A stretch of 64,000 nucleotides of DNA from a virus (IMGVR_UViG_3300007770_000580:1829-65828), one strand, 5' to 3'; positions 50,052 through 59,159 are shown, numbered from the stretch's first letter. The notes: generated from the sequence alone by a model not told the origin. Numbers and translations are program-made.

Positions 50052-50935
50052 ATGGCTTCTTTTTGTGCTGGCATGTCACATTTAACACACTTATTTAAAA
50101 ATTTTCCTTGTGCATGATTCTTACGTATGTTAACATACGAATCGTTATTAACAATATTCGTTAAACTTTCTTCGTTTAAATCTCCCAAAATATATTCGCC
50201 ATCACTATCTAAACAACATAAACTAATTCTGCCGTCCCATAACACAGTAATACTTGACCAAAGTCTATGGCATAAAAAGTGTTTGCTTGTTGTGCCATTG
50301 CCCCAGTTATGTAAACTAATATTGTTTACTTTGTCTAGTGCGTTATACTTTTTAAACAAATTAAAAAACTCTTCTTCTTCTTGCGGAGTGCTGATGCCTG
50401 AACGTATATAATCGAACTTTACAATGTCTAAGTCGCCAGGGTGCTTTAATAGTTCTTCTATATACTTAAAAAATCTAGTAGCAGACTTATTGGGCCTGGT
50501 TAGATTAAACTCCCTTGTAGGAGATATGGAGATTATTGCTTCAGTTATTCCATTTCCCTTCCACTTGTTTAGTAATTTAGGTGTTAAACCATATCCATTT
50601 GTGTGTATGTATATTTGGTTAAATCCAAATTGCCTTGCTTTATTTGCTATTTTTGGTAAGCGTTTGTCTAATATTGGCTCACCCATAAAACGCAAATCCA
50701 ACTTCTTTATACCTAATTCGTTTGCTTCTTTTAATACACCATAAGCAAAACTTTCTGGCATAAATCCTTTTTCGCGTTCCATTTCGCCATATGTACAAAA
50801 CGTACATTCAAAGTTACAATGGTTTGTTGATTCAAGTCGCAAAACTACCGTACTAAAATCTGTTAGTATACCATTCTTGTTGTTTCTTTTATGATCCCAT
50901 TCTAAAGGAATTAGTTGGTTAACTTGCTTAAACAT
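50030..50935 (-). CDS. Radical SAM/SPASM protein
   Basis: CNFECTFC, GEP, C-terminal SPASM C...CC...CxxC. Confidence 0.88.
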   Translation of the reverse strand: MFKQVNQLIPLEWDHKRNNKNGILTDFSTVVLRLESTNHCNFECTFCTYGEMEREKGFMPESFAYGVLKEANELGIKKLDLRFMGEPILDKRLPKIANKARQFGFNQIYIHTNGYGLTPKLLNKWKGNGITEAIISISPTREFNLTRPNKSATRFFKYIEELLKHPGDLDIVKFDYIRSGISTPQEEEEFFNLFKKYNALDKVNNISLHNWGNGTTSKHFLCHRLWSSITVLWDGRISLCCLDSDGEYILGDLNEESLTNIVNNDSYVNIRKNHAQGKFLNKCVKCDMPAQKEAMWESQIP

Positions 50936-50992
50936 ATTGTTGTGGCGGAGACTCTCCGTAATAATATTTAATAATATGCTAGTACTATAAAT

Positions 50993-52303
50993 ATGTTTAT
51001 GACCGAACCAATTTATTGCCCAGTTGCTCAGGCAGGATTTTCTACTTTAGAACAGGGATTTGTTTCAATTTGTAACCAATATACTGATTTACTTAAAAAG
51101 CAGGGCGGCGAATACTATCGACTACATAAAGATAGTATACAAGATGCTTGGAACAGTGAAGAAAGAAAAAAAATAATAGAGCAAATGAACGCAGGTATAT
51201 GGCCAGAAGCATGTGAGTCATGTAGATTTGCTGAAGAAAATGGTTATAATAGTCAAAGATCGGATATTATTACAGAACTAACAACATTAGCAGAACAAGA
51301 AAAAATTACTATTCAGCCAAGAGAGGATCAACCTATTGCTGTTGTATTAAAACATGGAAACGTTTGTAATAATGCATGTAGAGCCTGTGATCCTACTACA
51401 TCTACTCAGTGGTATAAAGATGCTTGGAAATTAGAAGGAAGTACAGGCACATTGAAAGAATGGATAGATAATCCTGTTAGAGATTATTCCAAAGGACAAA
51501 TAAGTTACGACGAAAATAACCAAGACATTCGTAAGGTATTCTTTGGAGAAGATGGTAAATCAGGTTGGAATGAGCATGTTATTTTTTGGGATCTGTACGG
51601 TGGCGAACCATTATTAAATAATTTAACTTATGAATTAATAGACCATAGTATTGCAATAGGCGTGGCACATAAACAGCGATTTGGTATACACACTAACTGT
51701 ACAATTTATCGTGATGGCTTTGCTGAAAAACTAGCAAAATTTTCATATGTTAATTTAGGCCTAAGTCTTGATGCGTCAGGAGTACACAATGATTATATTA
51801 GACATTTAAGTAAATGGCAAAATGTAGAAAATGTTGTTCAACAATATCATGAGTCAACAAAAAAATATGATAACGTAGTGCCATCAATCGCTATCACTCA
51901 GCAAACTCTAAGTATATTTTATCTTCCTGAAACCTTTGACTGTATCGCTGAAAAAAGATGGGCAGAAGATTATGGAAATTCTCTTGTATCTTGGGGTAAT
52001 AAGGTTTATAACAAAAAAGAATGTAATATAAATTACATTCCTGAACCTATTAAAGAAAAAATTAAAACCAAGTTGTTAAATTATAAACCGAAAGGAAAAA
52101 AGTTAACAAGAGAATGGTTTAATTCATTAGACGAGTCGATCGCCGCATTAGACACATATCCCGATGACTACGAAGAACATCGGGATACGTTTTGGAAAGT
52201 TAATAATAGGTTAGATAAAATACGCGGGCAATCCTTTAAAGAAGCAATGCCCGAATATTATAGTTTGTTTGCTGAGTATTATAAAGGCGTTAACTTAGAT
52301 TAG
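50993..52303 (+). CDS. Radical SAM/twitch protein
   Basis: YCP, CESC, CNNACRAC, GGEPLL. Confidence 0.85.
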   Translation: MFMTEPIYCPVAQAGFSTLEQGFVSICNQYTDLLKKQGGEYYRLHKDSIQDAWNSEERKKIIEQMNAGIWPEACESCRFAEENGYNSQRSDIITELTTLAEQEKITIQPREDQPIAVVLKHGNVCNNACRACDPTTSTQWYKDAWKLEGSTGTLKEWIDNPVRDYSKGQISYDENNQDIRKVFFGEDGKSGWNEHVIFWDLYGGEPLLNNLTYELIDHSIAIGVAHKQRFGIHTNCTIYRDGFAEKLAKFSYVNLGLSLDASGVHNDYIRHLSKWQNVENVVQQYHESTKKYDNVVPSIAITQQTLSIFYLPETFDCIAEKRWAEDYGNSLVSWGNKVYNKKECNINYIPEPIKEKIKTKLLNYKPKGKKLTREWFNSLDESIAALDTYPDDYEEHRDTFWKVNNRLDKIRGQSFKEAMPEYYSLFAEYYKGVNLD

Positions 52304-52769
52304 CCTTTACTGCTTCAATAACTGGTTCCATTTCTGCATCCATTTCCCAGTCTTCGATAATATTGCCATCTCTGCCAATTAAAAACTTATGGAAATTCCA
52401 GTATACACCACCGCCTTCGGCATTCTCACCTAGCCATTCCCATAAATCAGTCGCTGTATCATTTTCGTTTGACTGAACATTACTTTTAGCCATAATTGGG
52501 AATGTAATATCATAATTGTTTTGGCAAAACTCTAAAATTTCTTCGTTAGTGCCTGGTTCTTGGTTACCAAACTGATTACATGGAAACGCAACAACGGTAA
52601 ATCCTTCGTCTCTATTTTCCATAAACAATCTTTGTAGATCTTCATAATGGCGTGTGAATCCACATTGACTTGCTGTATTTGTAACCAAAGTTAATTTGCC
52701 TTCGCATAATTCTTTCATGCTTACTTCATTGCCATTAATGTCTGTTGTATTATAATTGTATAAACTCAT
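52290..52769 (-). CDS. Glutathione peroxidase (Cys-type)
   Basis: NTASQCG, FPCNQFG.QEPG, WNFHKFL. Confidence 0.92.
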   Translation of the reverse strand: MSLYNYNTTDINGNEVSMKELCEGKLTLVTNTASQCGFTRHYEDLQRLFMENRDEGFTVVAFPCNQFGNQEPGTNEEILEFCQNNYDITFPIMAKSNVQSNENDTATDLWEWLGENAEGGGVYWNFHKFLIGRDGNIIEDWEMDAEMEPVIEAVKANLS

Positions 52770-52790
52770 ATTATCTCCTTATTGAATGTT

Positions 52791-52864
52791 TGGAGCGGGT
52801 AGCGAGAATCGAACTCGCGTCACAAGATTGGCAACCTAGTGTAATACCATTATACTATACCCGC
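52791..52864 (-). tRNA. tRNA-Gly(GCC)
   Basis: Cloverleaf; CCA. Confidence 0.9.
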
Positions 52865-52878
52865 TTACGTCTTATATC

Positions 52879-52953
52879 TGGCGGTTCGTATGGGATTTGA
52901 ACCCATGATACCAGCGTGACAGGCTAGCGTGATAACCCCTTCACTAACGAACC
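52879..52953 (-). tRNA. tRNA-Asp(GTC)
   Basis: Cloverleaf; CCA. Confidence 0.9.
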
Positions 52954-52969
52954 GTATTTTTATTTATTA

Positions 52970-53057
52970 TGGCTCCGCCCCGAGGATTCGAACCTCGCCC
53001 CGTTTCCGGGCCTTCGGATTAACAGTCCGAGACTTTCACCCAGCCAGTCCGAGCGGA
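52970..53057 (-). tRNA. tRNA-Asn(GTT) with a long variable arm
   Basis: tcgga-ctGTTaa-tccga; variable arm cccg-gaaa-cggg; CCA. Confidence 0.85.
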
Positions 53058-53063
53058 ACAATA

Positions 53064-53138
53064 TGGTGGGACCTGCAGGAATCGAACTTGCGCTATCCGC
53101 CGTGTAAAAGCGGCGTTTTACCATTAAACTAAGGTCCC
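53064..53138 (-). tRNA. tRNA-Val(TAC)
   Basis: Cloverleaf; CCA. Confidence 0.88.
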
Positions 53139-53677
53139 AAAGTTAAATATCTTTCTCTATAATATTTTCTTCTTGTTGTTTCTTTTAAATCATTATGATT
53201 TCTATTTTTAAAACCCCAGGTTTCTGTTTGTGAATGACAATTTGGACACAATAATCTTAGGTTATCTAATTTATTGTTGTCGCTATCTCCATCAATATGA
53301 TCACATTGTAGTGTAATAGGTTTTCCATTATATATATCTGATATTCCACACCATTGGCATTTATAATCTTTTTCTATCAGATATCTTCTCATCTGACGAA
53401 ATTTCTTTACTATACCGCTTTCTATTTCTTCCTTTGTTTTTTTCCATTGATATTCCTGCTGACAAGCAACACTACAAAACTTATTTCTTTTTCGAGAAGA
53501 ATGTTCATTTAATTTATTACAATTTTTACAACCATAGTGTTTCTTTTCTTTTGTAGATTTAGGTCCTGCTCCTTTTCTACTTACAGAATATCTGTCTCCT
53601 TCTTTGTGAGATATTTGATGAGCATTTAAACCTCTGTAAGATTTAAACTCCTTATCACATTTACTACATTGAAGCAT
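53129..53677 (-). CDS. HNH homing endonuclease with an N-terminal C2H2 zinc finger
   Basis: CSKC..F......LNAH...H; FCS..C; LQCDHIDGDSDNN..DNLRLLCPNCHSQT. Confidence 0.9.
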   Translation of the reverse strand: MLQCSKCDKEFKSYRGLNAHQISHKEGDRYSVSRKGAGPKSTKEKKHYGCKNCNKLNEHSSRKRNKFCSVACQQEYQWKKTKEEIESGIVKKFRQMRRYLIEKDYKCQWCGISDIYNGKPITLQCDHIDGDSDNNKLDNLRLLCPNCHSQTETWGFKNRNHNDLKETTRRKYYRERYLTLGP

Positions 53678-53686
53678 AATTAATCC

Positions 53687-53752
53687 TCTCTTGCTCAGTA
53701 TTTAATTATTTATATGAAAATTTTAATACCTTTTTATTTACTGAGCAAGAGA
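53687..53752 (-). promoter_or_regulatory. RBS-sequestering hairpin (14-bp inverted repeat) with a T4-type late promoter TATAAATA in the loop
   Basis: tctcttgctcagta (53687-53700) and tactgagcaagaga (53739-53752); TATAAATA at 53714-53707. Confidence 0.8.
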
Positions 53753-53755
53753 TAA

Positions 53756-53829
53756 TGGTGGAGGATGGGAGAGTTGAACTCCCAATTCAGACTTGCAAAG
53801 CCCACGTGATCCCATTTCACCAATCCCCC
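53756..53829 (-). tRNA. tRNA-Ala(TGC)
   Basis: G3:U70 pair; loop TTTGCAA; CCA. Confidence 0.85.
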
Positions 53830-53836
53830 AAAATTC

Positions 53837-53910
53837 TGGAGCCCCTACCCGGAATCGAACCAGGAATTGATGATTACAAATCAACTGTTATACCGTTTAA
53901 CTATAGAGGC
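53837..53910 (-). tRNA. tRNA-Thr(TGT)
   Basis: Cloverleaf; CCA. Confidence 0.88.
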
Positions 53911-53941
53911 CCAAAACACACTTATCTAAATGTGCTTACGA

Positions 53942-54304
53942 CTATTTAGTTTTCTTTTTGCCGTGTATATTATCTTTTAGATAATCTAAGAACCATGGGT
54001 TATCTGTAAACACACCCATCAACCAATTGGCTATGCTGTTTACTGTTTGTTCTTCTGACTCATCTTCACGCAACGGACCGCCAGGCTGGTTCAAGGATGA
54101 GTGATACACGATTGCATGTAATACTTCGTGCAATAATGTATTCGCCTTATCAAGATCAGGCGCTTCTTCCTGTATTTCAATCTTATTGGATCTGTTATTA
54201 TACTGCCCCCAATAATCTGCTGTCTCTTTTATAAAAGACGATTTAACAATTTCTATATCTACGTTTTTCCAACCTACTTTTACCTTATTAGGAATTTTAG
54301 ACAT
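53942..54304 (-). CDS. HExxH metallopeptidase-like protein
   Basis: TLLHEVLHA...EE..VN..AN. Confidence 0.75.
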   Translation of the reverse strand: MSKIPNKVKVGWKNVDIEIVKSSFIKETADYWGQYNNRSNKIEIQEEAPDLDKANTLLHEVLHAIVYHSSLNQPGGPLREDESEEQTVNSIANWLMGVFTDNPWFLDYLKDNIHGKKKTK

Positions 54305-54368
54305 CTTGTTCTCCTGTTAGTTGTTTAAACATTTCTTCGTGTATTTCAGTATGGCAAATTGAGCAAAG
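54297..54368 (-). pseudogene. HNH endonuclease C-terminal remnant (LCSICHTEIHEEMFKQLTGEQDV*)
   Basis: Hand translation; LCxxCHxxxH motif; no start codon. Confidence 0.65.
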
Positions 54369-54370
54369 CT

Positions 54371-54444
54371 TGGCTGGGGTACAAGGATTCGAACCTCAAC
54401 TGACAGAATCAAAATCTGTAGTGCTACCGTTACACCATACCCCA
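54371..54444 (-). tRNA. tRNA-Gln(TTG)
   Basis: Cloverleaf; CCA. Confidence 0.9.
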
Positions 54445-54447
54445 ATT

Positions 54448-54525
54448 TGGTCTCGGTGGAGAGATTCGAACTCCCGACCTGACGCTCCCAAAGCGCCTGC
54501 GCTAGCCAGACTGCGCTACACCGAG
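54448..54525 (-). tRNA. tRNA-Pro(TGG)
   Basis: Cloverleaf; CCA. Confidence 0.9.
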
Positions 54526-54620
54526 TTTCTCCATTCAGTTATGTATTCCTCTATTATTGGTTGAACTTCTTCTTTAAATCTACTATGTACATATTGGTGA
54601 TGTGTTGGACACAGAGTCTC
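54516..54620 (-). pseudogene. HNH endonuclease C-terminal remnant (LCPTHHQYVHSRFKEEVQPIIEEY...)
   Basis: LCPxHHxxxH motif; stop codon lies inside tRNA-Pro. Confidence 0.6.
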
Positions 54621-54624
54621 TGTG

Positions 54625-54897
54625 CTAATCTCCGGATTTTTTGCCTTTCTTTTTCCTCTTGTTATTCTTTTTATCTGTTTTTGCGTATTCTTCGCTAACG
54701 GCAGTAACAGGAACCTTAAATCCTCTACCCTCATTGCCCTTAGCGGCGACATCTTCACATTTACTAAGTCCAGCAAAACCTTGTAAATATACCTCCCTTG
54801 CAACCCCTTTTAATTTCTTTTTATCAGCATTGCCGAGTTTGGACGCTCTGCGCTGTTCTAGTTTCATCATTTTCTCACATGTGGATATATCTATCAT
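54625..54897 (-). CDS. Small basic hypothetical protein
   Basis: GAAGG RBS and upstream TAAATA. Confidence 0.55.
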   Translation of the reverse strand: MIDISTCEKMMKLEQRRASKLGNADKKKLKGVAREVYLQGFAGLSKCEDVAAKGNEGRGFKVPVTAVSEEYAKTDKKNNKRKKKGKKSGD

Positions 54898-54928
54898 TGC
54901 TTTTACCTTCTTTATTAAAGTTATTTAA

Positions 54929-55079
54929 TATGGTGTTAGAGGGCCATCTCTAATAAACCCTAAAGTGTCTTACCACTCCTGTCGTCCACCTAGCACGGGA
55001 TTTACGGACGCTATGGAGGCCTGAAGTCCTATTAAAGACGAGGTCTCGCCTAGACGTGTTCAGTATGCCGGGCACCATA
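54929..55079 (-). ncRNA. Candidate ~150-nt structured RNA in the tRNA cluster with a CCA-like 3' end
   Basis: Terminal tatggtg/caccata pairing; several hairpins; GC-rich; non-coding. Confidence 0.55.
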
Positions 55080-55081
55080 AC

Positions 55082-55156
55082 TGGTACACCGTACGAGATT
55101 CGAACTCGTGTTGCCGGCGTGAAAGGCTGGTGTCCTAACCACTAGACGAACGGTGC
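55082..55156 (-). tRNA. tRNA-Glu(TTC)
   Basis: Cloverleaf; CCA. Confidence 0.9.
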
Positions 55157-55167
55157 GTAATATATTC

Positions 55168-55196
55168 ATTATAAAGTTTTACCTATAAATTGTCAA
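55168..55196 (-). promoter_or_regulatory. Consensus sigma70 promoter TTGACA-17-TATAAT driving the tRNA cluster
   Basis: Read directly. Confidence 0.8.
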
Positions 55197-55201
55197 GAAA
55201 T

Positions 55202-55286
55202 TGGTGGTTGGGGATGGATTCGAACCACCGTACCCAGAGGGAATGGATTTACAGTCCACCGCTTTTAACCACTCAGCCACCCAACC
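55202..55286 (-). tRNA. tRNA-Tyr(GTA)
   Basis: Cloverleaf with variable arm; CCA. Confidence 0.92.
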
Positions 55287-55300
55287 ATAATCAATATCGA

Positions 55301-55771
55301 TTATTGAACGATTTTCCAACTACCGTCTGCTTGTCTGCAAGCAGTTCCATAGGCCTGTTGAGCCTTGCCGCCGATATTAACGGTTTGTGTAAACTCACGA
55401 CACGGTGTACCGTTAGATGCTACGACTGTTCGTGTTGGGGTTGTATACCCACTGTTACCGGTGTTGGGGTTATTCCAAGAACTTGAATTGTTATCAGGCG
55501 CCTGTTCAAGAGCAACCTGGAAACTCTGCCCCATCATAAGACGGTCACGCTCATCTAACTGTTGACCAATCTGATTGCCCAACATCGCACCAAGGCCGAT
55601 ACCAAGGACTGTCCAGATTTCCTTATTACTTGAGTTCTGTCCAAGACCGTAGGCCAGACCGCCACCTGCGAGAGCACCAACTGCGGTGCCAGTGTCCTGT
55701 TTTGAATATGTACCTGCACAACCACTCACCAAAAATATTGACACGATTGCCAATAACACTACTTTTTTCAA
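55301..55771 (-). CDS. 17-kDa surface-antigen-like lipoprotein (glycine zipper 2TM, RT0821/Lpp0805-like)
   Basis: Lipobox VSG-C; glycine zipper; W.NP.TG; CREF...YGTACRQ.DGSW. Confidence 0.85.
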   Translation of the reverse strand: MKKVVLLAIVSIFLVSGCAGTYSKQDTGTAVGALAGGGLAYGLGQNSSNKEIWTVLGIGLGAMLGNQIGQQLDERDRLMMGQSFQVALEQAPDNNSSSWNNPNTGNSGYTTPTRTVVASNGTPCREFTQTVNIGGKAQQAYGTACRQADGSWKIVQ

Positions 55772-55806
55772 TTTAGTTCTCCTATTAACTATTGATTGAT
55801 ACTACT

Positions 55807-55862
55807 ATTATACACTATTTTAAAGGTATTGTCACTAAAAAAGGTCATATAAGTGCTTGATT
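55807..55862 (-). promoter_or_regulatory. Sigma70 promoter (GTGACA-17-TATAAT) with an IHF-like box 14 bp upstream
   Basis: AATCAAGCACTTA at 55862-55850. Confidence 0.75.
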
Positions 55863-56720
55863 TTAAAAGACTTTTCTGTCCCTAAGATTCCAACTTAATT
55901 GTGGCTTTACATTAGATATATCTGTCTGGTGTGAAAGCCAATATTTCCAAAACTCTTCAAATAATTGTAAGTTTGGCTCAAGCCCATATCTATTACAAAT
56001 TTCTATGTAATATTTTTCATTCAAATGGCAGGTCTGTGGATTGACTAACCTATCAATATATATAGCACTACTATTGACATTTGATTTAAACTTTTCGTGC
56101 TCCATCAATATAGTCTTTTTGTTCTCCATAAAAGAATCATGATACGGGTAATCATTCCATTCAGCCACAGGATCTGAACATTTACTTGCTATCTCTCCTT
56201 GCCAGTCTTGAAACGCAATAGATCTATACTGTAGTGGGGTCATACCTAATCCAAATTGTCTATCCGCAAACTCTTGGTTTTCTGGATTATTAAGTGGAAA
56301 GTTTTTCTTTTGTACATTATACCAAGAGCCATATAACATTTTATCAAGTAATTTAAAATGTGCGTAAGCAAGGTAATACTCTATAGATGCCGTATTCTCA
56401 GCCATTAATGTGATAGTTTTACTTCCTGGAAACTTATCTAGTAGTTGTTGTTCATGCATAACAAAACTTGCTTGGGCAAAATTTATATTCTCATTTAATG
56501 TGATTTGCTTATATAGATTAGGATCATTTGCTTGTTCAGTTTGCCATCGAGGATAATACCAGGCCCAATTTAATATTATTCCTGGATTAGTAACTCTCAT
56601 TCTGTCTCTTGCAATTTTATAGTTAACTTGCTTGTTATGCAAATTCATAAAAACAGTAAAACTGTCGCTAACAAATCCTATATAACCGCATATCCACACT
56701 AAATTATTAAAAACTGTCAT
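55863..56720 (-). CDS. Hypothetical protein
   Basis: 285-aa ORF at the end of the second transporter operon. Confidence 0.65.
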   Translation of the reverse strand: MTVFNNLVWICGYIGFVSDSFTVFMNLHNKQVNYKIARDRMRVTNPGIILNWAWYYPRWQTEQANDPNLYKQITLNENINFAQASFVMHEQQLLDKFPGSKTITLMAENTASIEYYLAYAHFKLLDKMLYGSWYNVQKKNFPLNNPENQEFADRQFGLGMTPLQYRSIAFQDWQGEIASKCSDPVAEWNDYPYHDSFMENKKTILMEHEKFKSNVNSSAIYIDRLVNPQTCHLNEKYYIEICNRYGLEPNLQLFEEFWKYWLSHQTDISNVKPQLSWNLRDRKVF

Positions 56721-57874
56721 GTTATATAATACCGTTTAGTAATATGTCCCTTCACATTATCAAAAATATCATCAGTATTTAACCAACAATAGTTGTTTTT
56801 GGTGCCTTTTAAAAATGATTGTAAATAATCTATGCCCGATTTCCAATTTACATATGCATTAGAACTTGTATAATTTTGAAAAAACCATCTATCTCTCGCG
56901 CCGTATACCATACTTGGATTTTTTCCATTACTAAAGGTGTTTTCATTCCAATAAGGATACAAAATACACGCGGCACCATTAACTGAAAGAGGTCGTTCTT
57001 GCTTATTTTTTCCTAAATTACTACTAATTTGTTTAAATTCGAGATCCATTAAATGGTGTTCAGGTATAGAATCCTCTTCTATTCTATTAACTAGTTCATG
57101 GCATTGACGAATCATAATATCTACATGGTCAGGATCTTGATAAAAGAATTCATCATACCAACTATCATTTGCTTTTAGTTGACTGTATGGACTTGTGTTA
57201 TTATCAAACCCTACATCTATGAATGTTGAGTAATATCTACCGTTTTCGTCTCGTTCAATAACAGGTTTTTCTTTACCCCAGACAAATCCAACAGTATTGC
57301 CTTTATCTATTAATTCTCTAAAATGTGGATGCCATTCTCTAATTTTACTCCTCATTACACAGTTTGGAGTTAATGCCGTATTATGATACCAAAACCAATC
57401 CGGCGTTTTAAAATCATTTAAAATAGATTGGGTTTGATCTATTAGTGTAAATTTTGTATTTGGTATTTTGTTCTTAATTAATTCATAATATGGAATGGCA
57501 ACATTAAAGATTTCTGCATTAAAATATGCTTCGCTACTGCCATCACCTTCTAAACTATGACAACATACAATTTCATCTAAATGTATGTTATGCTTTAAAC
57601 ATATATCCAATATGTTTTGGCTATCACTGCCGCCGCTGTAAAATAAAACTAAGTAATCATATTTGTTTCTTAATTGTTCAGCACGGCGAATATATAAATT
57701 CTCTAAACTAACGTTAGGACAGACTGTCCAGTCATGTTTAGAAAAGTCTTCGTTATTAAAGTTCCACTCGGGGAATCCGCCGTTTTTGCGGCTAAATTCA
57801 ATTGCGCGATGCTTCTGAAACGTTACAAAATCACCCACACTATAGTAACCTAGTTTTTTAGGATCATAAAACAT
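56717..57874 (-). CDS. PP-loop (adenine nucleotide alpha hydrolase) protein
   Basis: LFYSGGSDS motif. Confidence 0.7.
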   Translation of the reverse strand: MFYDPKKLGYYSVGDFVTFQKHRAIEFSRKNGGFPEWNFNNEDFSKHDWTVCPNVSLENLYIRRAEQLRNKYDYLVLFYSGGSDSQNILDICLKHNIHLDEIVCCHSLEGDGSSEAYFNAEIFNVAIPYYELIKNKIPNTKFTLIDQTQSILNDFKTPDWFWYHNTALTPNCVMRSKIREWHPHFRELIDKGNTVGFVWGKEKPVIERDENGRYYSTFIDVGFDNNTSPYSQLKANDSWYDEFFYQDPDHVDIMIRQCHELVNRIEEDSIPEHHLMDLEFKQISSNLGKNKQERPLSVNGAACILYPYWNENTFSNGKNPSMVYGARDRWFFQNYTSSNAYVNWKSGIDYLQSFLKGTKNNYCWLNTDDIFDNVKGHITKRYYIT

Positions 57875-57875
57875 A

Positions 57876-59156
57876 TCAATAATTTATCATTTGATAGGAT
57901 GACCAAATTAAATTGTCTCCTAATATAAATCCTATAATCAATGGCATTGGATTTATATCATATTTTTGCAATATTACTCCTAATAAACCTAATAATGTAA
58001 CCCACGCTATATACATTAAACTATATGAACCACCAGCAAGCAAGAAATCTAAATAAAACATTATTCCTATTATAGAAATAATGAATATTTTATTCATATC
58101 TAATTTACATATATGGCTATATGCTTTATATGTTTTCCTGGCGAGTATCCACAATATTAAAAGACTAATGAATAATAATGAAAATATACTTACTAGATTT
58201 TCAAACTTAGCAAACTCTAAAACATTAAACTCTTTTTGTAATAAAATACTATTGACTACAACTGCATCAATTGCCAATGGTATTTGTAAGTATAAAAATA
58301 AAAAAGCACCGATCGGTATTGCACTATGATCTGCGGCGCTCGTACTTACAATCTTAGAGAATAGATTGCCCCTATTAAACTTAAAAGACAATACACTACT
58401 AATAGTAGCAGTAGGTCCAGGCAAAAATCCACACAATACACCTATGGTAGTTCCTAATGCCGTACTTGATTTTGTGTTTTCTTTTTCTTCAATTAGTTTA
58501 TCATATTTTGAATCATTAAACTCTGGCTTATAAAATAATTTTGGTATTAATATAAGACCAATTATAAAACTTACCAGACTTATATCATAAGTATAAGATC
58601 CTAATTTAATAAAAAATTCTGGTAGCGCAATGTTGCTTTTAGGTACAATAAAAACACCCGCAGTAAATAGTAAAAAATTAATAAAATATGAATTAGTAAA
58701 AATAATAACAACAATTGAAGCAAGGATTAATATTGAAAATACTACAACTGTTTTACCAAATAACGGAAGTAACAATTCATATAACGATTGTCCAAACAGT
58801 ACAGCAATCAAGGATACAAGAGATGCTATGGCGCCAGAATCAGCGCATCTTTTTATTATCGTTCGTTTTGTACTTAACGAAAAGTGTTTGGTGTAATGAT
58901 TAAAGATTAGAGTACTACTTTCACCAGGAATACCAAAGGTAACACTGGCGATTGTACCAAAAAATTGACTCCCTAGAACAGAAATTATCCAAAAAAGTAC
59001 AATCTGATTTACATTTAAAACATCAACAAACGGCAACAGAAAGAAAGGGCATACCCAAGCAGGAATACCTGGTAATAATCCAGACACTATAGCCATGGCT
59101 ATAGCGGAAAATAGTACAATTATTGTTAGTAAATCTAACGAAAATAAATCAAGCAT
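57876..59156 (-). CDS. Divergent TctA-like permease
   Basis: GLLPGI, FGIPGESS, GFLPG and PLIIGFILG motifs; multiple TM helices. Confidence 0.75.
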   Translation of the reverse strand: MLDLFSLDLLTIIVLFSAIAMAIVSGLLPGIPAWVCPFFLLPFVDVLNVNQIVLFWIISVLGSQFFGTIASVTFGIPGESSTLIFNHYTKHFSLSTKRTIIKRCADSGAIASLVSLIAVLFGQSLYELLLPLFGKTVVVFSILILASIVVIIFTNSYFINFLLFTAGVFIVPKSNIALPEFFIKLGSYTYDISLVSFIIGLILIPKLFYKPEFNDSKYDKLIEEKENTKSSTALGTTIGVLCGFLPGPTATISSVLSFKFNRGNLFSKIVSTSAADHSAIPIGAFLFLYLQIPLAIDAVVVNSILLQKEFNVLEFAKFENLVSIFSLLFISLLILWILARKTYKAYSHICKLDMNKIFIISIIGIMFYLDFLLAGGSYSLMYIAWVTLLGLLGVILQKYDINPMPLIIGFILGDNLIWSSYQMINY

Positions 59157-59159
59157 TAA

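Noticed and set aside
52290-52769. Selenocysteine in glutathione peroxidase
   Set aside because: The active site is Cys (TASQCG) with no in-frame TGA.
54516-54803. The 95-aa ORF as a real gene
   Set aside because: It overlaps the better-supported 54625..54897 ORF; only its 3' part looks like an HNH remnant.
54929-55079. HDV-like (theta) or hammerhead ribozyme downstream of tRNA-Glu
   Set aside because: The P1/P1.1 pairings and the CUGAUGA/GAAA core could not be built. Kept only as a generic ncRNA candidate.
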